A stretch of DNA of 64,000 nucleotides from Diplonema japonicum (lineage: Eukaryota > Protista > Euglenozoa: Diplonemea), in NCBI GenBank assembly GCA_964019335.1, contig OZ025677.1, positions 434,001 through 498,000 of the forward strand, in the 5' to 3' direction. Position numbers and translations under genes: made by a program. Each line of letters starts with the position of its first letter. Position 1 is the stretch's first letter. The notes under the pieces were generated by a model. That model saw only the letters and a program-made list of their open reading frames with translations, did not search any database and was not told where the DNA came from. Shown in pieces: positions 22,248-33,149 of the stretch.

Positions 22248-23924
22248 CTTCTGTCGTGGTAGTGCCTTAGGCCCGTCGTGGTAGTGCCTTAGGCCCGTCG
22301 TAGTATCTTTTCAGCAGCTTGGGCGTGAAACCAACTAGCGAGTTGTTGAGGATGCAATGAGTTCGTAACTGTTCCTCTAGGATAGGGTGGGTGACCTTCG
22401 GGGATGCGAAGACCGGTCGAGTGGAGTACCCAGTGATGGGATGGCTGTGGAGCCCTAGGGTACGCAAAGAGCGCACTGATTTCTTAGGTTCTGCTGGAAT
22501 CAGGTGACTCCCCGTGCCTTTTTGGTGAATCCTGTCCAAAACTCTTAGGATTCCGCCGATTTTTCTTGCCCAGCTCGCTAGGTCTTCACCATCCATGTGG
22601 ATCCTTTCTGTTGCAATTAGGTCGACCGCAAGTTCCGCCTTGGACACCTGCCCTCCTTGCCCCACTTGAGGGCTTTCAGCCATTTGAGGATAAAGGGATT
22701 AGGCCTGGGAAGTACTTCTTCGCCAGCCCGTTCTTGTGGTACCAAGTGAGAGGTTTCGGGGTTAAGAGGTTCCCTGGCTGGAAAGGTCTATTCCAGAAAT
22801 GCTGGTTTGCGTACCTGACCTGCTTGTCGGCGTGCAGACAATCGAGTTTTCCTGCAGTATCTGCAAGCATCAGGTGGAGTTCCTTGACTCTTGGCAGGCT
22901 GATGTCCGAGTCCGTTGTAATGATTCCGTGTATCTGGGTGCAGTTCGGCCAGCTCCTGTGTTCTTGCACCAGCCACTTGCGGTCGGCGTTGGCTGTCCTA
23001 TAGCCGGCGTGTGCTGGACAGTGCCAAATGGTATGCTGCAGGAGGCTGCTGGTTCCATTCCTAACGTCGTAGAGTGCGTCACACCCAAGGCATTTCGCAC
23101 GTGTGCCTGCCGTAGGCTGGGATGAAGGGGCAGTATGGCGCCAGTGATTGCACAAAGTAACTTTCTCGCTTTCTGCGGGTTGGCGACCGCCATCTCGTTG
23201 TGTAGGAGGTTCGTCCTCTCCTCGTCGATGCCCGTCTCGATCCCTCCAAAGGTCTCTCGCTCTTCGGCGAGCCCGCCACGTAGCTTGTCTTTCAACAGCG
23301 TTCTGATCTCATGCTTCAGGTGTTGTATGCCTTGCGGCAGCATTTTCGTCTGAAGGTCCTTCCATCTGGTCCCAATGTCTCGAAGCCATCCGCATCCTGC
23401 CAAGTCCTCCCTCAGGTCGTATCCGTGCTCATGGTTGAGGCATCCTTCAAAAATATATTTTTCCCCCGCCTTCTGCAACGGGAGAAGGATGGGGTTGACC
23501 CTGGATAGGACCTCGTTGCGGTCTGCCCCTCTCGGCAGCATGAGGGCCAACCCAATCGGTGTCACCGTGATGGAGGTGCCGAGTGATGCCAAGGGGACGT
23601 CGGCTGCTTTGATCCCCTTCTTCAGCTGGATGACCTCGAGCCGGTCCTTTGCGAATGCGTGTGTCCAGTAGACGCCTTGGTCCCCTGACGCTGCTAGCAG
23701 CCTGGTCGCGTGATCTGGGTCTACTCGTACAAGGCAGTGGCTGTGTTGTTTTCAGTGGACCGGTCGATTCTGAACACATTTTGCGGGACCACCTTGAAAG
23801 GTCCTTCCTTGTCCCTCGCCGCAAGTAGTGCCATTCTTCTGATGGCTCCGCCGTCCGCTGTACGCTTCCACTGTGCATCCAAGCAGTGGCCTTTTGCGAT
23901 TATCGCCTTGAGAATGGTTGTCAG
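22248..23924 (-). mobile_element. 5'-truncated, frameshifted non-LTR retrotransposon (post-RT C-terminal region)
   Basis: Overlapping ORF fragments with a CxxC...HTIWHCP zinc knuckle, ELAVDL and PITGYSTRPVF motifs shared with the 44439 and 56740 fragments. Confidence 0.7.
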
Positions 23925-24129
23925 AAAAAAAAAAAAAAAACGGGATTCATTTCACGTAGCATAACTATAACAGGGCTCCCACTTACTGAAAAGCAGATCC
24001 AGCAGCAAAGGGGGGACATGCCGAATCGGGGGACAAAAGGAGTGTTATCGAAGGGAGGTGGTACCTTTTTTTTCTTTTTTTTTCCTACCCCAACTCATAA
24101 TATCCCCCCCCCCCACCCCAGTTTGAGAA

Positions 24130-24167
<38 letters not shown>

Positions 24168-24244
24168 AAGCCCTGGGTATAATCGTGATTCTTGCCCCCT
24201 TCCCCGCCCCATCCCACTCTTATACTCCACCATTCCGTTTTTTT

Positions 24245-25060
24245 TCAACAAATTGCACAGCACGCTGGAGTTTCATCCAGATTGTCGGTTTTCTTATCGA
24301 CGGGTCCAAGGAGGGACTTCACGATCCAGTCACCTTTTGTAAAGGTCATCCTTCCTGTCCTCCGAATCTGCTTGAGCTCTGACTGGTAATCATCAGTCAC
24401 GTCAAGGGCAGGGTTCTTCTTGTCGAGCTTGTCAAGCCACGAGACAGAGTCAGCATCGTCAGTGCACGCCATGATCTGGATGTGGTACTTATTGCTCATC
24501 ATGGTATTAAGAATGCCCACAACGTGGGAAATAGATTCGTCGGGCTGGCCGTCGGTCGCAATGATAAGAATGCAACGTCTGTCTGAGTCTTTCCGTGACC
24601 TGAAAATGCTTTCAAGTGTCCTGCCGAGAGGAGTCGTGCCCTCTGGGAGTCTTTTAAAGGATTCGACAAGACGTGGGTCAGATGGGGAGGCTACCCCTGG
24701 GATGCCCTGTCTATTGAGGAAGTACATGTCTATAGGGAACTGCACGATGCAAGTGGTGATCTCAAGGAGAAGGTTCACCGTGGAGCGCAGCTCGTCCCAC
24801 CTCGTCAGTATGGGCTCTCCGAGCCGGCGTTTCTTCGCTGGGATCGCCCCGCACTGCATTGACCCGGAGTCGTCCAACACCAGCACCACATCGTAGTCGC
24901 TCAGGATGGCCAGCTTGTCCCCTGTTGCCACAGTTATTTGATGAGTTGTGAGCACCTGGTCCAACCGCCGCATCTTGGTGTTATAATCGTCATGCACCGG
25001 CATCAGTGACATCATTGGTGCACTTGCATTTGCATAATTTCCGTTTGCATAAGCTGACAT
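24245..25060 (-). CDS. vWA (MIDAS) domain protein with C-terminal CaaX motif, paralog 2
   Basis: 271 aa; DDSGSM/ATDG; ends CCAIC. Confidence 0.9.
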   Translation of the reverse strand: MSAYANGNYANASAPMMSLMPVHDDYNTKMRRLDQVLTTHQITVATGDKLAILSDYDVVLVLDDSGSMQCGAIPAKKRRLGEPILTRWDELRSTVNLLLEITTCIVQFPIDMYFLNRQGIPGVASPSDPRLVESFKRLPEGTTPLGRTLESIFRSRKDSDRRCILIIATDGQPDESISHVVGILNTMMSNKYHIQIMACTDDADSVSWLDKLDKKNPALDVTDDYQSELKQIRRTGRMTFTKGDWIVKSLLGPVDKKTDNLDETPACCAIC

Positions 25061-25364
25061 GATCCCTATTTTTTTGTTTATGTTTTTTCCCTTTTTTTTG
25101 AAAATGTGGGGAGGGGGGGGGGGGGGGGGGGAAAGACTTCTTCAAAGGACTAGTATTGCTATGATTTCTTTCTTTCGTTTTTTTTTTTTTCCCTTTCTTT
25201 CCTTCATTCTTTTTTTTTTTTCTCTTCTTCTTTTCTCTGTGTTGTATCATGCCCAGCCAATATGCAGGAAACGAGAGAAAGGGGGACATATCATTTTAAC
25301 CCTTCTAACTTTTTTTGCTACACATAAAAATATAAAAAAAGAAAAAAAAGAAAAGAGAAAAAAA

Positions 25365-25478
25365 GGAACTGGCCGTTGTTTGTACGTGCCGGGTAATACC
25401 TGGAGAAGTTTGTCAACCCGAAACACGTTTCCAACTTCGTTCCCCTTTTGTTTAGACAAGTCAAAGACTCGTTCTTGC
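25365..25478 (+). repeat. Dispersed repeat family A, full length
   Basis: Complete unit bounded by A runs. Confidence 0.9.
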
Positions 25479-25652
25479 AAAAAAAAAAAAAAAAAAGCAG
25501 CATGAAGTGGGGAAATGTACATGACCACATGGAAATGCAGTTTTGTTGTAGGAGGAGGGGTGGGGGGTGCAAAACAAAAAAAAAGCAAACAATCTCTTTT
25601 TTTCTTTTTTGTTCTTCACAGTGGCGGCGGGGGGTTGTTGTTGGGGGCAACT

Positions 25653-28220
25653 TCAAAGTCGTCTTGCGAGATGCGGGTTCCTAATTTTTTCCCCCCCCCC
25701 CTCCCCCTCCCCAGCCATACCATGCACTATACCTTCATAATCGGCAAGCTGCCGACGGAAACCAAGGTTTGGGTTAGCATTGGGTCGCCCCCGCTTGACA
25801 TGAGAAATCGCTTGTTTGAATGTCATCCCACGACACTTGATTAAGTAAGCGCAGAATATAGTAACGGACCGACTGAGGCCTGCGAAACAATGAATTATGA
25901 TGGTGTTCCCCTTCCGCAACGTCTGCTCGATGTGCCCCGCGGCACTGTCGAAAAACCCAATCAAACTAACATCGGGCGAATCGTCCACAGAAAGCAGCTC
26001 CCGGGATATCGACGCTGGCCATGGGTCAGGCACTGCTAAACCCTTTCCAACGCTATACACAGACGTGACGCCTAACCCACGCATCAACTCCTCATTCTGC
26101 ACAGTCCTCAAAGACCCGATGTACACCTTCTCCTCTATCTTATCAGGGTATATTTTGTTCCATTGAATGATCATTCCGCGTCCCTCAGAAGTCAGCGAGT
26201 CGTGGATAAGAGACGGGGTGTTGTTAAGATGCAAAGTGCAATCCTTCCATTTCCATGAACAGGGCAGCTTCTTCACCGGGTTCTCGATCAGCATCAGGAT
26301 CTCCAAGTCCTCATGGCCTTCCAGCGAAACAGGAACCTCTTCAAACTTGTTGTAGTCCAGAGTTACGTGTAGCAACGCGCTGGCAGGAGGGACCGAAGGG
26401 AACGTCCGAAGCATGTTGTACCCAACGTCGAGGACTTGCAGAACCGGGAGCTTGGTTACCTCTTCGGGGAGGGAGGACAGCACATTGTTCTTGGCGATGA
26501 AACTGGTCAAGCAGGTGAGCTGATCGATCGCTGCAGGGATCTCCGCGAGTTTGTTTTTACTGAGGTCGAGTTGTACCAACCACAACAAGTCGAAAACTTG
26601 TACAGGCAGCGTTGTCAGTAATTTATGTGTTAAATTCAGATTGTCCTCTCTATAATCTATAGCCCTCTGCACATCAACATCGACGTCGTCTGACTGAGCC
26701 ATCTCCGACTCTGTGGAGAATAATCTCGACTTTTTGCTGTGGAAGCCGCTCTGTGGGCGTATCTCGGTTACAGCACGCAAGGTGTCTTCCGCCGTGATGT
26801 CGATCTTGACCTTCGGCGGCGGAGCGACGTTGTTTCTGAAGACAATGTCGTTGATGCAGTCGAGCATGGTGGCACGCAAGCCTTCGCGATGTTGCAGCAT
26901 CGGCCGCAGCACCTTCACCAGCAACGGTGGAACACGAGCCCAATCGGGGTCGCTGTGTGCTAGGTACGCTGCGTCGCTTAGTAAAAACGGCGGCTGTGCG
27001 CACGACATCATGTAGAGCAACACACCCACGCTCCAGACGTCCCCTGCAGCTGTCCCCACTCCGCTTGGCGGTCGGAACCCAAATATGTTGTCATATTCTT
27101 TTTTTTCGTGCAGCTGCCCGACGTCAACGATCAACGCTGCACCGTTGCTGTTGAGCAACACATTTCCGAACCCGATGTTCCCATGGTAGATACCATGAGA
27201 ATGTAGAAAGCACATTGCAGACAGAATGCTCGCCCCGTGCAACCTAATGCTCTCGAATTGCAACGGTGAGTCGAAGGGCTTATACAACATCCCGCACGGG
27301 ACATACGAGCTGTAGATGCTGTATGTGAGGCCTTCCTTCACCACTACTTCTATAGGTAATATGTTGGGATGCGAGATTTGCTGCAGGAAGGCAATGTCGC
27401 GCTTTGCGACGTTGCTGATCGGCGTGGTTTGCTTGCAAACGAAGAAAGAATTCTCCACCTTGACGAGCGTGATGTTGGGGTACTTCATGTACTCGATGAA
27501 ACGATGAGCCGGGACATCTTCGAACATACTCCTTCTTCTAGAGATGGCCGTTGATGACGAGGACATCGACGTGCACAGTGAAGCACCATCTCCCACACTT
27601 AATTCAACGTCAAGCACTGCAGGGCCGGGCGGCATGGACCAATGTGCAGCCCAGTCACGGTTTCCCCGTATCATCGCTTCGCAGTGCATGCACTCGCTGT
27701 TGATGTACATATTCTCCCAAGCTAAATTGTGCTTGTCGTGGTATTCGGGTCGCATTCCAGCACATTCCTTGACCTTTCGTTGGGTGAGCTCCTTCGATAG
27801 TTCCGCCAAGCAGATGTTGTCTTCCAGTTTGATCTGTTTGAAGTACTGCACAATTTCTTTAATATCTTCGTCGTTCTGTGAGTTGACACAAAACTCCGTT
27901 AATCCTTTGCTTTGGAGTACTTCTATGTAGCTTAGAACAGCGCAGACCTGACCCAGCCCGAGCGACTTGAACCCATCAAGAGTACATTTCCCCACCGATA
28001 GTTGTGGTGCAGTTACAGACGCCCGGAGGCTTTGGCGCAGGGACATTGGGCCCTGTACTGCTGAGCTTTTTAAGGAGGCCATTCTGTCATCGATTCCTGC
28101 CTGGCTGGCATCCCAGCTTATCGACGGCAAGAAGTTGCTTGGGCAGGGCCCGAAGAGGCTCTGCAAACTTTTATCCAGTTCATTTTCGGAGCATTGAGTT
28201 CTACTTGACCCACATCCCAT
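25653..28220 (-). CDS. Pseudokinase + LRR + dual-specificity phosphatase ('kinatase'-like), N-acylated
   Basis: Start MGCGSS (myristoyl/palmitoyl motif) at 28220. Kinase fold with HGNIGFGN and DVG in place of HRD/DFG. LRRs (LDLSKNKL, LDVGYNML, LDYNKF); DSP loop HCFAGLSRS. The extreme C-terminus may be intron read-through. Confidence 0.85.
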   Translation of the reverse strand: MGCGSSRTQCSENELDKSLQSLFGPCPSNFLPSISWDASQAGIDDRMASLKSSAVQGPMSLRQSLRASVTAPQLSVGKCTLDGFKSLGLGQVCAVLSYIEVLQSKGLTEFCVNSQNDEDIKEIVQYFKQIKLEDNICLAELSKELTQRKVKECAGMRPEYHDKHNLAWENMYINSECMHCEAMIRGNRDWAAHWSMPPGPAVLDVELSVGDGASLCTSMSSSSTAISRRRSMFEDVPAHRFIEYMKYPNITLVKVENSFFVCKQTTPISNVAKRDIAFLQQISHPNILPIEVVVKEGLTYSIYSSYVPCGMLYKPFDSPLQFESIRLHGASILSAMCFLHSHGIYHGNIGFGNVLLNSNGAALIVDVGQLHEKKEYDNIFGFRPPSGVGTAAGDVWSVGVLLYMMSCAQPPFLLSDAAYLAHSDPDWARVPPLLVKVLRPMLQHREGLRATMLDCINDIVFRNNVAPPPKVKIDITAEDTLRAVTEIRPQSGFHSKKSRLFSTESEMAQSDDVDVDVQRAIDYREDNLNLTHKLLTTLPVQVFDLLWLVQLDLSKNKLAEIPAAIDQLTCLTSFIAKNNVLSSLPEEVTKLPVLQVLDVGYNMLRTFPSVPPASALLHVTLDYNKFEEVPVSLEGHEDLEILMLIENPVKKLPCSWKWKDCTLHLNNTPSLIHDSLTSEGRGMIIQWNKIYPDKIEEKVYIGSLRTVQNEELMRGLGVTSVYSVGKGLAVPDPWPASISRELLSVDDSPDVSLIGFFDSAAGHIEQTLRKGNTIIIHCFAGLSRSVTIFCAYLIKCRGMTFKQAISHVKRGRPNANPNLGFRRQLADYEGIVHGMAGEGEGGGEKIRNPHLARRL

Positions 28221-29139
28221 GCCCTTTCTGCAAAACCCGCACAAAACCTGATAAGGGTTTTTCTTTTTTTTTTCTTTTTTTGTACCCCACCCAATAATTT
28301 TTTAAAACCCTGAAAAAAAAAAAGATTTTTCTTTATAAAAAAAAAGAAAATAACTCGAAATCAAATAAAAGAGCTGTTCTCAAGTGTCGAATAAAAGTAA
28401 TAAAAGGGGGGGGGGGAAAGAAAACTGAAACAGCAAGAAAGAAGAACAAGATAAAAGAGAGATGAGATCAAGGAGGTTCCTGTTTTTTTTTCTCTTTTTG
28501 GAACGTCCTCCTTGTCTCTGCTTTTAATGAAATAGCTTGAGCACATTAAGGGTCTTCCCCCCCCCCTTTTTTCAATGAACTTTGAACCACATTGCTATGC
28601 TTTTGCACAATTTCTTTCAGATGCAAATGTCTAAGCCTTGCGTGAATGTCATAAGAAAATCTTCACTTTTTTTTTTTTTTTTTTTTCCAAAAAAACTTGT
28701 TTTGTTTTATTATAACCTTCTTGTGCTAGGAACAGAAACAAAAAAAAAACAAAAAAAAAACCGAAATCTTGAAGATGAGAAGAAAGCAAAGAAAAAAAAT
28801 ACATAGAGCAACACACAGATAAGGTATATAATAAGTGATAAGTACAGCAAGTCTCTCAGACACAGCCGGGCGGCCATTCACATATCGGGTATAACTAGGG
28901 GGGGGGGGGGGGGGGGGAGAAGGTATTTCCATCGTTCTGCCCAAGTAATTAGAAAATTTTAAAACAGAAGTGGGTGATAATACGTAGTAAAAGAAATGGC
29001 CGGCACCAAGAGGCAGGCCCTGTTTTTCTCAGAAAAATAAAGAGAGATTTCTATGGGGGTAGGGAGGTGCCCCCAATTCTTTCTTTTTCAGAATAAAACA
29101 GAAAATAACTCGTGGCCACCACCTAAGTACGCCAAATCC

Positions 29140-29490
29140 ATTTATAGATAATTTCGTCATTTTCTTCACTCACTAGGGGGCCTCATTATATAACGCGAAA
29201 CGCCCATTATTTAACTAGTTGGCGTTTCAGAATGAAAAAAATGGGTCTCGTCGTTTGAAAAATAAATGTACCCAACCCCTTTGAAAAAAACCTTTTTGGG
29301 GTGGGGTATTTTGACTATTTTTAGCCATCTGAGGCCCTTAAAATGCCACGGCGAAATAGCTCCCCTATTACCTTAGGGAAATCCCCAAAAAGCTGTGATA
29401 GCAGTAAGAGTGAGTGACTCAAATGACGAAGAGTGAAATAAAAACAATTTACTTGCCAAATGAGCCATTACTTAACACTCGTTACCTTCC
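29140..29490 (+). mobile_element. Truncated copy of hairpin-ended (Crypton-like) family 2
   Basis: cttcactcactagggggcctcatta and gagtgaaataaaaacaattta match the reverse complement of 55410-55460 and 55970-56010. Confidence 0.5.
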
Positions 29491-30119
29491 AACTCCCCCT
29501 ATTCAATATGTGAAAAGAATGGATTTATTCCCCCATTATCCCTCCCCCCCCCCCAAAAAAAAACTATGCTGTTAACTAAACAACAAAAAAAAAGAAGAAA
29601 AAAACCCCGTGCTTGACATGAAAAACCCACTTGTGTTTGACTGACAAGGTACCAATGAAAAAAAGAAAATCGCTATTCAAAAAAAAAAGAAAAGAAAGGA
29701 CCATAGGACACAATAATAAAAAAAAAGGGGGGGGAGAGAGAGAGAGCACCTAAATTATATGCCAACAAAACTACATGCATGAGAATCTAAAAAGAAATTC
29801 GGCAAATTTAAAAAAAGATTTTCGATCTTTCAACGTCAAGGTGACACGAGTGTACCATAAAGTACATGGGGGGAGTGAGCTCCTAACCTGTGCGGCACTG
29901 GCCTGCCGCAAGGTTTGCTTTATTCTCGACTCTCCGCTTTTTTTCTTTTTTTTTTTTTTTTTTCGCAATAAAACTTTGTATTTTTCACAAATACTGTAAG
30001 AACAAAACAAAAAAAAGGAGGAAAAAGAAAGGGGGGGGAGGGGGTCTATCTTTCTTTTTCTTTTACCAAAACCAAATGGGGGAAACACCATGTATTCGGC
30101 AATAAATATTATATGTTTT

Positions 30120-31223
30120 CATAGTATCCAGGGTTAACCGATCACCTTCGGGTTTTAAAACCCGACCCGAGCAATTTTAGATTTTCGATCACGTCGGGTT
30201 AATGATGGGTTTTTTTGTAATTTCGGATCGGTTTGATCGGTTTCTTTTTAATTTCGGATCGGTTTGATCGATCCAAAACCCGTGTTTCTGGCAAAAAATG
30301 CCAAGACCATGCTCAAATTTCTTTTTTTCAAAAACCCTATTTGACGATCTGAGCCCATTCCAGCTATCAAAACCCAAAATAGAGCCTTATTTAAGGCTTT
30401 AAATGCAGTTTTGAAAAAACTGGTTTTTCAGACTTGTTATTATGTACCGGGTCAGGGTCTGTTTATGCGCACGAGCGGAATTTTACCTAATAAAAATAGC
30501 TCATTACGCTGCCATCAACTAGTTCTTCTAGCGCGGCTTCGTAACGGTACGCGACAGCCCTACTCGGCCATAGCCCAAATGGACCACAGACTTGAGACGA
30601 CCTCATTCGATATCGAAGCGTGGTGGCTGGCTCAGAAAGCTGCTCTCCCTGTTTTGCATGACAGGGCCTTGTCGCTGCTGTACGCGCAGCCTGTGGTAAC
30701 AGCCGTGGACGCGGTGTTCTCCTCGATCGACGCCAAGTCCGGAGAGATGCGTCGCGTCCGCCTCACACCAGACGTCGTATGAAATTGGGCGTTCATCGCT
30801 GTGTGCGTGCATTCAGTTCTCTGTGGGTGAACATCCCGATTTTCAGGAAATTAATCCTTTTCTAAGTCGTTTCGATGCAGGCTTTGTATCTGGGATCTGG
30901 GGTCCGGGAGACGAATAGAAGGGTTATAAGTATGGTTGCACGCTCTCCTCCCGTTCTAATTATTGATTTTTGATTTCGCTCCTATTTAAACAGAAAAAAG
31001 AAGAAAAACCACCAAAAAAAGGGAAAACCCAGCTTTTCGGGAAAATAATCCTTCTCTAAGTCGTTTTGATGCTCCCTGGGGTCGGCTTTGTGTATCTGGG
31101 GGGCCCGGGATACGAATATAAGGGTTTTAAGCATGGTTGCATGCTCGCCTTTCATTTGACGTCAATTTAAAACCCGATTGTAATTAAAAACCCGCGGGTG
31201 ATCGGTTAACCCTGGATACTATG
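30120..31223 (+). mobile_element. Internally deleted hAT DNA transposon
   Basis: Perfect 27-bp TIR catagtatccagggttaaccgatcacc. Retains the hAT dimerisation-domain remnant FDIEAWW...LPVLHDRALSLL...AVDAVFS...RRVRL (~30600-30782). Confidence 0.85.
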
Positions 31224-31305
31224 TGTTTTTCTTTTAAAAAAAAAAAAGCCCAAAAATGGCGAACACCTTGCCGTGTCATTTTTCTTTCTTTCTTTCTTTC
31301 TTTCT

Positions 31306-33006
31306 TCAATCATCGATGTGCGAGGGCAGCATGTGCGACTTTTTTTTGTTTTTCTTTTTTAAACTTAAAACTTCATCACATACCATTTCCAATTTCAACG
31401 AAAAAACATTGCCGTTTATATCCCCCAGAAGACACACGGACCTTCCAGCAGCAGCACAAGTGATCACCGAGGTGGTGGGTATCGTGAGGACGACCGTACC
31501 AGACTCTAAGTCGAGAAGCTCAAACTGAAAAATTTCATTTCATTCACTTAAACATAATATTATATATATGTATACCTCACTGGATCCAAAGATACAGCAA
31601 CCAAGCAGCCCGGCAGGGAAGCCCACAACTAGTCGCTGCTTCATGTTGTTTGGTACCGTGTTTTCCATTAAACGCGCTACATCTGCTTCGTCACCAACCT
31701 CAACTGGTTCCTCACCTATCTGCCGAACCCATTCCGGCTTGCAATCGGGCAACGCCCACCGACACACAAACTGTTCATCTGCAGTAATTAAACACTCAGA
31801 ATATGTCAGGATCGACCGCACACTAGTGTGCCCTGATATCTTGTTCAAAACAAGCCCCGTCTCGATTTCCCAGTGGAACACCGTTCCACGGGAATCCCCC
31901 GAATATAACCTCTCTGAGCAAACCGCAGAAAACATGCAGCAGGTTACAGGGTGCTTGTGTTCCCCAAACGCTGTCATTTCCTGCCCATCATCTACCTTCC
32001 ATGAAACAAGCCCTCCTTGCAACGTGCCTTCTTCTGTGTATAAGTCGCCCCCGGCTACCACGTATAACCCATTTGGCGAAACTGCCAAACATAAAAGATT
32101 GTTCATTTGGCTTTCTTCTCTCGTGTCTTCGTAAACCCGCTTGGATCTCATCTTGGCCACGTCCCATAGTGTTAGAACACCGTCTGAGGTGCAGGAGAAC
32201 ATTCTTTCTATGCTCCATGGTGCCCACCGGATTTCTTCAGACCAGGTTAAGGCGAGGCTTTGATGGAGGATCCCAAGCGGCCGTTCTCTTTGAAGCTCGA
32301 AGACGTGGACTGCTCTGTCGATCTCATCTTGCTTCGTTTTGCAAAACATCTCATTCCCTCCACCAGTAGGGTATACCTTCCTCTTTGCCAAAGCAAACGC
32401 GGCCAACCTCTCGTCAGAGCTTATATGTATCTTCGATATGCCTCTGGAATATCCTGTGACGTACCTTAAAGAATACGACTTGAGCTTTGGTTTTATAAAG
32501 GTAGAGGTGTCAAGGGTTGTGAGATCCCGCGGTTGCTCGTAAGTGAAGTTAGGCGAGAAGCTGCTGGATATTGAGAGAAGCTTAGCGTGTTTGCTGGGTG
32601 GGGGTCTTCTTATGCATTCGCGGCCTGCCGCGAGCAAGATTAGTTCGTTATCGGGTTTCAATAGGGTTCTGTTCTTGCTATGTGTGATTGCTATTGTTGC
32701 TTGTTCGGGGGACTCACTGGGTATCGTGTGCAACTCTACCAGTGTCTCCTGAAACGCGGCGTTTGCCTTTGCCTTCATCGCTTTCGACGCCTTGAGCCCC
32801 AGCCGTACTTTGTGTGCTGTTGTCTTCAGCTTTTCGATCGCCAGGTACTGCGGCAGCGAGTTCGGTGTCGCGTTGCCATTGTCGGGTGCTGTTGGTGTTG
32901 TTGTCGCTTCGTTGTTGTGCTTCCCTGTTTTTTCGTCCTCCAATTTGTACCGTTTGGCTCCGGTGCTGTTCTCCGAGGCTTGTTCAGAAGATGCCCCGCA
33001 GCCCAT
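31306..33006 (-). CDS. N-acylated WD40-repeat protein; join(31576-33006, 31306-31524)
   Basis: MGCGAS start; WD blades (TLWD, VSWK, FHWE). Removing a 51-nt GT-AG intron continues in frame as FELLDLESGTVVLTI...GDINGNVFSL to TGA at 31306-31308. A second donor (GTATGT ~31383) is possible. Confidence 0.8.
31525..31575 (-). other. Canonical GT-AG cis-spliced intron (51 nt, phase 0)
   Basis: GAG|gtatac...tttttcag|TTT. AT-rich, contains an in-frame stop; removal restores a WD blade. Confidence 0.85.
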
Positions 33007-33149
33007 TCAATACTGTTTGAGGGAATTTGTTAATTATCTTTTTCCAAAAAAAAGAAATAATAATAATAAAAATACTTTTCCCCTCAACTCAACTTAAATT
33101 ATGGGGGAAAAAAAAGGGGGTGGAGAGAAAGAGAGGAGATATAAATATT

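Noticed and set aside
29822-29867. SL-like TGTACTTTATGGTAC (minus strand; also at 63959-64000)
   Set aside because: Lacks the upstream CAGTTTC and has a deletion relative to SL; better treated as a separate small repeat.
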